Of a stretch of 64,000 bases of DNA, positions 1 through 8,413 are shown one piece after another. The number at the start of each line of letters is the position of its first letter. Position 1 is the first letter of the stretch. This stretch comes from a virus (Duplodnaviria; Caudoviricetes). Both the position numbers and the translations under genes were made by a program. The notes under the pieces are model-generated. The model saw only the letters and a list, made by a program, of their open reading frames with translations, was not told where the DNA came from and searched no databases. Where the stretch lies: positions 6,906 to 70,905 of the IMG/VR virus record IMGVR_UViG_3300032038_000064, one strand, 5' to 3'.

Positions 1-132
1 GCGTTTGCAAAAAAGGCAGACCCGAAGCCACAATTTGTACAGTCTACTGAACCGAAAAAGCCGGATAAACTTACTTTGTCTCAACTTATGAAGATGAAAA
101 ATGATAATCCGGACGCAGTAATTAACATTTAA
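1..132 (+). CDS. capsid scaffolding protein, C-terminal fragment (5' truncated by window)
   Basis: Frame 1 is open to TAA at 130-132 (AFAKKADPKPQFVQ...LTLSQLMKMKNDNPDAVINI); lies directly upstream of the major capsid gene. Confidence 0.55.
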   Translation, partial: AFAKKADPKPQFVQSTEPKKPDKLTLSQLMKMKNDNPDAVINI

Positions 133-146
133 TTGGAGGTATTAAA

Positions 147-1355
147 ATGCCGCAGTTTGATAGCAAACTTTTTAATGGCGAAGTGTTTCAGAAATACGTT
201 GATAGAGTTCCGAATCTGAAACTCAATGAACTGCTTAAATCTAGGGCAGTTGTTGCAAGACCCGACCTTGCTAGTGCAATGGCAGACCAGGTTGGTGGCA
301 ACTATATTACAACTCCCTTAAAGGGACTTATTAGTGGAACTATTCCGCTTAACTATGATGGTGTAACAAATATTACATCTCAGACCACGCAGACCTTCTC
401 TCATAGCAGAGTTGTTGTTGGTCGTGCGCAGGCATGGACTGAGAAGGACTTCTCCTATGACATCACTGGTGGTGTAGACTTCATGGAGAATGTTGCACAG
501 CAAGTTGCTGAGTATTGGGATGAAATTGACCAAGCAACCCTCGTATCTATTCTGACTGGTGTGTTTAGCATGACAGATGCAGAAGGGGCACGTTTTGTTT
601 CCGAACATACTCATGATATTCACACAGTCGCAAACAGTGAAGGCAAAACTGGATTTATGGACGCTACTTCTCTGAACACTGCTATTCAGAAAGCAAGTGG
701 TGACCACAAAAACAGATTCTCTCTTGCTATCATGCACTCCGCAGTTGCTACTAATCTTGAGAATATGAAAGTTCTTGTATATCTCAAATACAACGATGCG
801 AATGGCATGGAGCGTGAGACTGGTCTTGCTACTCTGAATGGTAGACTTGTTATCGTTGATGATAGTATGCCGATTCTTGAAGATACCGGCACTGCTACTT
901 TTTCCAAGACTTCTGATACCGCTGTTACTGCTGGTAAGACTTATTATACTCGCACAGGCACTTCTGGTAACTACACATACACGGTTGTTGTTAATCCTGT
1001 CGATGCTTCTATTAATAACTACTATGAAAAGACGGGCACAGGCAATCCGATGTATGTAACGTATCTGTTCGGTGACGGTGCGATTGAGTATACGAACTGC
1101 GGTGCCAAAGTTCCTGCAGAAATGAGTCGTGACCCGAGGACTAACGGTGGTCAAGATACTCTGTATAACAGACAGAGAAAGTGCTTTGCTCCTTACGGCA
1201 TCTCTTTCACAAAGGCACATATGGCTACACTGTCTCCTACTGATGCTGAACTTGCTGATGGTGCTAACTGGGAACTCGTTAATACCGGTGGTTCTAACAA
1301 GAAATATATCAATCTGAAGGCTATTCCGATTGCGAGAATTATCTCCCTCGGCTAA
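147..1355 (+). CDS. major capsid protein
   Basis: 402 aa; GGAGG RBS; N-terminus MPQFDSKLFNGEVF and C-terminal GGQDTLYNR...PYGISF...NWELV...KAIPIARIIS as in clostridial siphophage capsids; first gene of the head-neck-tail order. Confidence 0.85.
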   Translation: MPQFDSKLFNGEVFQKYVDRVPNLKLNELLKSRAVVARPDLASAMADQVGGNYITTPLKGLISGTIPLNYDGVTNITSQTTQTFSHSRVVVGRAQAWTEKDFSYDITGGVDFMENVAQQVAEYWDEIDQATLVSILTGVFSMTDAEGARFVSEHTHDIHTVANSEGKTGFMDATSLNTAIQKASGDHKNRFSLAIMHSAVATNLENMKVLVYLKYNDANGMERETGLATLNGRLVIVDDSMPILEDTGTATFSKTSDTAVTAGKTYYTRTGTSGNYTYTVVVNPVDASINNYYEKTGTGNPMYVTYLFGDGAIEYTNCGAKVPAEMSRDPRTNGGQDTLYNRQRKCFAPYGISFTKAHMATLSPTDAELADGANWELVNTGGSNKKYINLKAIPIARIISLG

Positions 1356-1383
1356 TAATTGATTACGAAAGGCGGTGACTTCA

Positions 1384-1806
1384 ATGTATCTCACGTATGA
1401 TGAATATTTAGCATTTGGTGGTACAGTAGAAGAAACCGCCTTTGATAATTTAGAATTTGAGGCTCGTACTGTCATTGATTGGTGGACGTATAATAGACTT
1501 CAAAATGATGAAGAATATCCCGAAGCCGTCAAACGTTGTATGTTTAAACTAATTAACATTATCATTGCAAAACAGCGGGCTCAACTTTTGAAAAACAACG
1601 GAACCGTCAATACTGACGTTACTGAAAGTGGAATTGTTCAGCAATCAAATGACGGTGTATCAACAACATACAATATCATGTCGGCAAGTGAGATTATTGC
1701 ACAGTCTGGAGAAGATGTTAAATCCACAATACGAATGTATTTACAAAACGTGCGAAATTCTTTAGGACGAAAAGTTCTATATAGAGGTTTATATCCCGGT
1801 GAATAA
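1384..1806 (+). CDS. head-tail connector (adaptor) protein
   Basis: MYLTYDEY...FDNLEFEARTVIDWWTYNR...LYRG pattern typical of adaptor genes after the capsid gene; start moved to the ATG at 1384. Confidence 0.65.
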   Translation: MYLTYDEYLAFGGTVEETAFDNLEFEARTVIDWWTYNRLQNDEEYPEAVKRCMFKLINIIIAKQRAQLLKNNGTVNTDVTESGIVQQSNDGVSTTYNIMSASEIIAQSGEDVKSTIRMYLQNVRNSLGRKVLYRGLYPGE

Positions 1807-2245
1807 TTATCCTAGTTGGTGGAATACCACAGTAACACTGTTTAATAAATATGAGGACCCGACAACACAACTTGTATCGTGGTATAAAACAAAAATAGAC
1901 GGATGTTTTTGGAGTAATCTTAACGATAAAGTAAAAATCGGTAAAACTATTTTAGAAACGGACGGCGTAATTTGTCGAATCAGAAAAGATAGTCGCTATT
2001 TAGATTTGGAACAGTGGTTATCCCTACCGGCGGATAAGAAAACTGAGTATTTTACAGTAAGTCAGCAAGATATAGTAATTAAGGGTGAAATAGACGATAC
2101 AATTGATGAGTACCAGTCGGGACACCGATCCACTGATTTATTAGCAAAATATAAACGGCTTCAACGCTGTATTGAAGTTGAACAGTTTATGGATAATACA
2201 GGCGGAGGCCGAGGAAACGAGCATTATTTTGTAAAAGGTTTATAA
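1799..2245 (+). CDS. head closure / neck protein
   Basis: 148 aa; TVTLFN N-terminal strand and C-terminal HYFVKG; synteny between adaptor and tail completion genes. Confidence 0.55.
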   Translation: MNNYPSWWNTTVTLFNKYEDPTTQLVSWYKTKIDGCFWSNLNDKVKIGKTILETDGVICRIRKDSRYLDLEQWLSLPADKKTEYFTVSQQDIVIKGEIDDTIDEYQSGHRSTDLLAKYKRLQRCIEVEQFMDNTGGGRGNEHYFVKGL

Positions 2246-2247
2246 CA

Positions 2248-2712
2248 ATGGCAGAGGGTGAAATTAGTGTAATCGTTCAAGACAACGGCATAACAACAGC
2301 ACTGCAAAAGAAATTGTCTTATTTATTGGACGATTGGGAAGTACGAAACGGTGTAACGGAAATTATTCGGGATGAGATGAATAAATTTGTTCCGAGAAAA
2401 ACAGGAAACCTTGCTCGTAATACTGAAATTTCTGATGATGAAATTATATGGACATCTCCATATGCTCATTATCAGTATATGGGATTTGTATATGGTCCCA
2501 ACTTTCCGATAATAGATAAAGATGGTAATTCAGGTTGGCGCTCTCCAAAAGGTAAAGAAAAATATCCAACGGGAAGAGTAATCCAATATCATACTCCGGG
2601 AACAGGTAGTTTCTGGGATGAGAAACTTCTGAATAATTCTAATGCCCGCCGTATAATGAATATTCGTATTACCGCATATCTAAAGCGTATGGCTAGAGAA
2701 AAGGACTTGTAA
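2248..2712 (+). CDS. neck / minor capsid protein (A118 Gp10-like)
   Basis: FVPRKTGNL...SPYAHYQYMG...TPGTGSFWD motif characteristic of this family. Confidence 0.7.
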   Translation: MAEGEISVIVQDNGITTALQKKLSYLLDDWEVRNGVTEIIRDEMNKFVPRKTGNLARNTEISDDEIIWTSPYAHYQYMGFVYGPNFPIIDKDGNSGWRSPKGKEKYPTGRVIQYHTPGTGSFWDEKLLNNSNARRIMNIRITAYLKRMAREKDL

Positions 2713-3191
2713 TGAGTGATAAAAACCAAGCAGTTATTAATTACATATTGCAATGTCCGCAGATAAAGGATACTCCTTTGTATTTTAACTTTATCAACGC
2801 TAAAGACAATACGGCTCAAATTCTAACCTCATCAAATGATAGATATACTGAAAAGCCCGACATTACGGGTGCAGTAGAAAAACAATACACATTTACAATA
2901 ATGGTATTTAAATCTATTACAGATGACGCAATTGTAAAACTTGAAGGATTCGCACATGAAAATGTCGAAGAACTTTCATATATACAGGAATTAATTGATT
3001 GGATTGCGGAACAGGATGATTTAAAAAATTATCCAGATTTTGGAGAAAATTGTGAAGTCGATAGCATTCGTACATCAGAAGAAACTCCGAAATTGGAAGC
3101 AATAAATGCGCAAGTGTCTCCCGCACTTGCAATGTATAGTGTAACTATACAGATAACTTATGTTGACAACAGTAAAAAACTTTGGAGGTAA
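2712..3191 (+). CDS. tail terminator protein
   Basis: 159 aa acidic protein just before the tail tube gene; C-terminal YSVTIQITY strand. Confidence 0.55.
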   Translation: MSDKNQAVINYILQCPQIKDTPLYFNFINAKDNTAQILTSSNDRYTEKPDITGAVEKQYTFTIMVFKSITDDAIVKLEGFAHENVEELSYIQELIDWIAEQDDLKNYPDFGENCEVDSIRTSEETPKLEAINAQVSPALAMYSVTIQITYVDNSKKLWR

Positions 3192-3196
3192 CTGAA

Positions 3197-3712
3197 ATGC
3201 CTATTGCTCAGTTTAATCTTGCTCAAAATCAACGTGCCGAGCGTAAACTGCTCATTACGGTTGCTGAGTGGACAGAGGATAATGCGCAAGTTCGTGAGAT
3301 TCTTGGTAGACGTACAGAAGATTCCAGTATTGATTATAATGCTGACATTGAGACTACTACTGATATTCTCGGCATTAACTATACTGACCTGAACAGAACT
3401 CAGCCTCAGCAGGACTTCGATCCTTATCTGATTCTTGGAGGTTCTAAACTCGGTGCGAAACTGAATGACATCAGACGTAGAAACGCTCTTTCTGAACTGG
3501 ATAACTTTACCGTATATATCATTACTGCGTTTGTTGGTGATTCAACAAAGGGTTATGCAACTGAGAAACACACTGGTTGCACAATTGTATACAATAGCAT
3601 CGGCGGTGATGCGAATGTAAATATGCCCATCAGTGTATACTTTAGTAATAACATTACTACCGGAACAGTTGATAAACTCAGTGACGATTTTGTATTTACG
3701 GCAGACGCCTAA
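3197..3712 (+). CDS. major tail (tube) protein
   Basis: GGAGG RBS before ATG 3197; LGRRTEDSSIDYNADIETTTDILG pattern; position in the tail operon. Confidence 0.7.
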   Translation: MPIAQFNLAQNQRAERKLLITVAEWTEDNAQVREILGRRTEDSSIDYNADIETTTDILGINYTDLNRTQPQQDFDPYLILGGSKLGAKLNDIRRRNALSELDNFTVYIITAFVGDSTKGYATEKHTGCTIVYNSIGGDANVNMPISVYFSNNITTGTVDKLSDDFVFTADA

Positions 3713-3740
3713 TATTGACGTTCTATAGGAGGACAAACTT

Positions 3741-4199
3741 ATGGGAATTGTAAATAATAATATTGTTGACATTGACTTATCTATAACTCGGAAAAAGCGA
3801 TTTAGGATTGATGGGGATGATAACAGAATTATTGAACTTAATACTTCTGATATGACGATCCTAAATCGACTTGACGAGGCTGATAAACAGTTGCGTGAAT
3901 TAGCGGATAAGGCAACTTTCGGTATGTCTGAAACTGGTGAAGATGATAATGCAGATGTTGTAAAGGAACTCCTTGCAACTGATAAACAGATGAGAGCCAT
4001 CATTGATTATCTTTTTGATGCTCCAGTTTCAGATGTTTGTGCTCCTGACGGTTCTATGTATGATCCATTTAATGGTAAATATCGTTTTGAGCATATCATG
4101 GAAACATTGTTCGCACTATACGAAAAGAATATTTCTGAGGAAATAAAAAAGATGCGAAAAAATGTGCAGAAGCACACCGATAAATATACGAAAAAATAA
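3741..4199 (+). CDS. tail assembly chaperone
   Basis: Between tube and tape measure genes; AGGAGG RBS; ends in an A-run (GAAAAAA) next to the stop. Confidence 0.6.
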   Translation: MGIVNNNIVDIDLSITRKKRFRIDGDDNRIIELNTSDMTILNRLDEADKQLRELADKATFGMSETGEDDNADVVKELLATDKQMRAIIDYLFDAPVSDVCAPDGSMYDPFNGKYRFEHIMETLFALYEKNISEEIKKMRKNVQKHTDKYTKK

Positions 4200-4201
4200 T
4201 T

Positions 4202-4786
4202 ATGTATACAATTCCTATTTCAGTCGTAATAGACAATGTTGAATATGGGATAAGAAATAATGGGGACTACCGAGTAATTCTCGATTGCTTTAGCGCATTA
4301 CAGGATGTAGATTTAACAGAGCAAGAAAGAGTATTCGCAAGCCTCATTATTTTTTATCAAGATTTAAATAACTTAGAGGACGTTCTTATACAGACTAATT
4401 TGGTAGAACGAGTGACTGAAATGTATAAGTTCTTCAATTGTGGAGATGCGGATACAATAGGTACAAAAGTTCCTTATAAGTTAATAGATTGGGAACAAGA
4501 TTCTCAATTAATCAGTAGTGCAATTAACGCCGTTGCAAATACTGAAATAAGAAGTTCACCGTATATACATTGGTGGACATTCATGGGATATTTTTCTGCT
4601 ATAGGTAAATCGTTGTTGTCGAATGTAATAACTATTCGAGAGAAACTTCTTAAAGGTAAGAAGTTAGAAAAGTATGAACGAGAATTTAGACGAGATAATC
4701 CTAAATACTTTGTTTGGAATAGTAAGTCAGTCGATGATGCCGAAGCAGATAAACTTTTACAAGAGTTATGGAATAACGGTGAATAA
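4202..4786 (+). CDS. tail assembly chaperone, second ORF (A118 Gp15-like)
   Basis: IRNNGDYRVIL...LIDWEQDSQLISSAIN...YIHWWTFMGYF motif of the Gp15 family; in the -1 frame relative to the upstream ORF. Confidence 0.7.
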   Translation: MYTIPISVVIDNVEYGIRNNGDYRVILDCFSALQDVDLTEQERVFASLIIFYQDLNNLEDVLIQTNLVERVTEMYKFFNCGDADTIGTKVPYKLIDWEQDSQLISSAINAVANTEIRSSPYIHWWTFMGYFSAIGKSLLSNVITIREKLLKGKKLEKYEREFRRDNPKYFVWNSKSVDDAEADKLLQELWNNGE

Positions 4787-4788
4787 CG

Positions 4789-7700
4789 ATGGCAAATGTT
4801 GATGGAGATATTACTTTACGAGTAGACGTAAAGCCTGGTGACGTACTTAGTGCGGCAAACGATATTAAACAAGAATTTAAAGAAATTTTTGACCAAACTT
4901 CTGGACAACAGTTATCTGCCCCGTTCAATAACGCAAAAATAAGCGCCGTAAAATTATATAATGAGATGGAAAAAATTACGTCTAAGATGGCAGAGTTGGA
5001 CGAAGCGATGACCAAAGAAGGCGTTGATCCACTTGACAAAGCAAAATATTCGGCAAAATATGATGCGTTAGTAACAAACTTAAATGACGTAACTAATAGG
5101 GCAACTGTTACACGAGATAAGTTGAATGAGTTAGCATCTGCCGTTAGTAGCGCATCAGATACAGCACTTCCTACAGTTTCTAGGTTTGACATACTTAAAC
5201 AGTCGTTTATAGAAATAGCAAAAAATGCGGGAAAAGTTGTTACTGCTTTTTTAAAAATTAGTAGTAGAAATATATTGGCCGGCATATCACGATTAACAAG
5301 TGGTATGAAAAATCTTCATAAACATACCGGCAGACAAAATAACGCATTACAAGTAGGTTTTAAAAATTTCATTCGATACGGACTCGGGGTTCGTTCTGTA
5401 TTTGCATTAATTAATAAACTAAGAAGAGCATTAGGTGAAGGCATCGGGAATCTTGCCCAATACTCTCCCGAATTTAACGGTGTAATATCTGATTTTATCA
5501 GTGCGCTCGAAACATTAAAAAATGCTTTTGCCACTGCGTTTGCTCCCATTCTCTCAGTAGCATTACCACTACTCACTGCATTAATGAATGCGCTGGTAGA
5601 TGCGGTATCATTAGTAGGACGTTTCTTTGCGGCATTAACCGGCCGTAATACATTTGTACAGGCAAAACACGTAAATAAAGATTATGCGGCATCTTTACAG
5701 AAAACTGGAAAAAGTGCTGACGGTGCGGCAAGCGGTATTGACAATGCAAAAGAATCGGCGGAAGATTTACAACGTACAATAGCGGGATTTGACGATGTTG
5801 AAATTTTGCATGAAAATAAACCGACTAGTTCATCAGGCAGCGGCGGTAGCGGGTCAGGTAGCGGTGCTGGAACAAAACTGTCTCCTGCAGATATGTTTGA
5901 AACTGTAGGAATAGAATCGCCTATTGCTGATTTAGCGAAGCGTTTACGAGAACTAATAGAAAATCAAGATTGGGTAGGGCTCGGGCAGTATCTCGGTGAA
6001 AAGATTAATTCTGTTTTTCAAAAAGCGAAAGAACTCATATCCTGGGATAATTTAGGAGATAGAATAACAAAAATCATAACCGCAATAACAACGACATTTA
6101 ATAGTCTTGTTGATACGATAGATTGGGAGTTAATAGGTAGTACCTTTGCAGAAGGTATTAATACAATAATAAAAACGCTTGATTTATTAATAACAGGAAT
6201 AGATTGGGCACTACTCGGCAGAAGTATTGCAGAGGGCTGGAATGGTTTATTTAGCAATATCGACTGGCTTGGCGCAGGTAAATTAATTGGCGATGGTATA
6301 GTTGCAGTATTTGATTTTTTATATGATGCTATAACAACTTTTAAATGGGAAGATTTAGGTAAGAATCTAGCAACAGCATTATATAAAGTATTTACCACAG
6401 TTAATTGGGACAAAGTAGGAAAGACATTTTCAAACGGAGTAAACGCGGTTCTTAATTTACTATACGGGTTTATAACGACATTTAATTGGGCAAGTGCAAC
6501 CGCTCGTTTAATGGCGGCAGTAAATTCATTTCTTCAAAATGTTGATTGGAAACGTCTAGGTGCAACTTTAGGCGAACTTATAAAGGCGTTACTGCAAACA
6601 TTTAAAACAATCATTGCAGAATTTGATTGGCGCGCACTCGGAGAATCTATTATTAAGTTCCTATCAGGCGTTGATTGGGCAGGTTTAATTTCTGAATTAT
6701 TATCTACTATTGTTCAAATTGGATTAAGTCTATTAGAATTTAATCTTGGTATGAGCAGTGCCCTTGTAACCGGTTTAATAGATATTTTAGGCGGACTTGC
6801 AGAAAAAGTTCGTGAATATTTTGAACAATATGGCGGAGACATTATTCAAGGCTTAATCGACGGCATTGTTGCCGCTATTAAGGGTATTGGAAAATGGATA
6901 GAGGACAACGTTGTTAATCCGATTATAGACGCCTTCAAAGAAGCATTCGGCATCGCATCGCCTTCAAAGGTAATGAAGCAGTTAGGCGGATATGTAACGC
7001 AAGGATTATTATTAGGCATAAGCGGTGCTTGGACAACTATCACTACGTTCTTTAAAAACGCAATTACTACAATCAGTAATTTCTTTAAGAATTTCAATTG
7101 GCGAGATTTAGGAAGTAGTATAATTCAAAAACTGCATAACGGTATTTCAAATGTATGGGGAACGGTAACATCATTCTTTACTAACGGTGTAAATACAATC
7201 AGGAATTTAATAAATTCTTCTAATTGGAGCGGTTCAGGAAATACGATTGTAACTAAATTAAAGAGCGGTATTTCCGCTATGTGGAACTCGTCAATAGTAT
7301 CATATATACGAACCGGTATTTCTGGAATTGTCAGTACGATAACAAATGCGAACTGGACTTCTTCGGGAGCAACAATAGTATCGAAATTACGCTCAGGACT
7401 TGCCGGCACATGGTCATACATTTCCTCATTTGCACAGAGCGGCGTATATCAGTTAATGTCAATGTTTCAATCATCTAGTTGGCACAGTGTCGGTTCAAAT
7501 ATTTGTGCCGGCTTAGCAAATGGTATTTATTCGGGATGGAGTTGGGTAACGACCGCGGCCCGTAATCTAGCCCGTTCTGCGTATAACTCTGCAAGAAACG
7601 CACTGAGGATACATTCACCTTCTGTTGTATTTCGAGATGCAATTGGTAAGATGATTCCAGCAGGTATGGCAGAAGGTATCGAAGATGGTAGTAATCTTGC

Positions 7701-8034
7701 AATACGAGCAGTACAAAATCTTGCAACTGCTGTGGCTGATACTGACATACCGCAATTACAAATTCCGGCTGTTGCATTAGGAGAAGTGGTGCCGTACGAA
7801 ACGACTAAAAATATTGATGCGGTTAATGAAACTATGAAATCTTTATTAGATGTGTTAAAATACAGTCAAAATAATGTTATAACTAAAGACGAACTAGTTT
7901 CCGCACTAAACACTATATTACCAACTATGTTGCAACGTTATGTGAGTTTCTATATTGGAGATGAACAAATTGCAAGACACGCAAATGCAGGTAATAACTT
8001 ATTAGATTACAGATTTAATCCAGTAGGTAAATAA
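4789..8034 (+). CDS. tape measure protein
   Basis: 1081 aa, helical; periodic DW..LG/IG repeats; C-terminal AL.IHSPSVVF motif typical of TMPs. Confidence 0.9.
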   Translation: MANVDGDITLRVDVKPGDVLSAANDIKQEFKEIFDQTSGQQLSAPFNNAKISAVKLYNEMEKITSKMAELDEAMTKEGVDPLDKAKYSAKYDALVTNLNDVTNRATVTRDKLNELASAVSSASDTALPTVSRFDILKQSFIEIAKNAGKVVTAFLKISSRNILAGISRLTSGMKNLHKHTGRQNNALQVGFKNFIRYGLGVRSVFALINKLRRALGEGIGNLAQYSPEFNGVISDFISALETLKNAFATAFAPILSVALPLLTALMNALVDAVSLVGRFFAALTGRNTFVQAKHVNKDYAASLQKTGKSADGAASGIDNAKESAEDLQRTIAGFDDVEILHENKPTSSSGSGGSGSGSGAGTKLSPADMFETVGIESPIADLAKRLRELIENQDWVGLGQYLGEKINSVFQKAKELISWDNLGDRITKIITAITTTFNSLVDTIDWELIGSTFAEGINTIIKTLDLLITGIDWALLGRSIAEGWNGLFSNIDWLGAGKLIGDGIVAVFDFLYDAITTFKWEDLGKNLATALYKVFTTVNWDKVGKTFSNGVNAVLNLLYGFITTFNWASATARLMAAVNSFLQNVDWKRLGATLGELIKALLQTFKTIIAEFDWRALGESIIKFLSGVDWAGLISELLSTIVQIGLSLLEFNLGMSSALVTGLIDILGGLAEKVREYFEQYGGDIIQGLIDGIVAAIKGIGKWIEDNVVNPIIDAFKEAFGIASPSKVMKQLGGYVTQGLLLGISGAWTTITTFFKNAITTISNFFKNFNWRDLGSSIIQKLHNGISNVWGTVTSFFTNGVNTIRNLINSSNWSGSGNTIVTKLKSGISAMWNSSIVSYIRTGISGIVSTITNANWTSSGATIVSKLRSGLAGTWSYISSFAQSGVYQLMSMFQSSSWHSVGSNICAGLANGIYSGWSWVTTAARNLARSAYNSARNALRIHSPSVVFRDAIGKMIPAGMAEGIEDGSNLAIRAVQNLATAVADTDIPQLQIPAVALGEVVPYETTKNIDAVNETMKSLLDVLKYSQNNVITKDELVSALNTILPTMLQRYVSFYIGDEQIARHANAGNNLLDYRFNPVGK

Positions 8035-8035
8035 T

Positions 8036-8410
8036 ATGAGCATAGAAAAGAAGCCGTTTAAAGTTGATGGGGTTGCAATACCAACCCCATCAACATATGA
8101 AGCAGGAATAGAAGATTTATCGTCAGAACAAACGGGGCGAACACTTGATGGAGTTATGCACAAAGATGTTGTTGCCGTTAAAGATTATTATACGTGTACA
8201 TGGAAAGTATTATCGTGGGAAGATATGGCAACAATATTAAACGCGATAGATGGTAAAACTAGTTTTCAATTTACGTATGCTGACCCAAGAGTGCCTAATC
8301 AATTCATCACTAATACATTTTATGTCGGGGAACGCACTACGCCAGCATTAAATTTAGCGGACCCGAAAAAAACATGGAAAGATTTGTCACTCAAATTTAT
8401 AAGGATATAA
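8036..8410 (+). CDS. distal tail protein-like (DUF6711-like)
   Basis: IPTPSTY...DLSSEQTGRTLDGVMHKDVV motif; immediately after the TMP. Confidence 0.6.
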   Translation: MSIEKKPFKVDGVAIPTPSTYEAGIEDLSSEQTGRTLDGVMHKDVVAVKDYYTCTWKVLSWEDMATILNAIDGKTSFQFTYADPRVPNQFITNTFYVGERTTPALNLADPKKTWKDLSLKFIRI

Positions 8411-8413
8411 ATT

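Noticed and set aside
318-1475. 385-aa minus-strand ORF
   Set aside because: Antisense shadow of the major capsid gene; no RBS or recognisable motifs. The same applies to the many other short antisense ORFs in the track.
4789-8034. Periodic DW..LG repeats in the 1081-aa protein as a novel repeat system
   Set aside because: Ordinary tape-measure protein periodicity.
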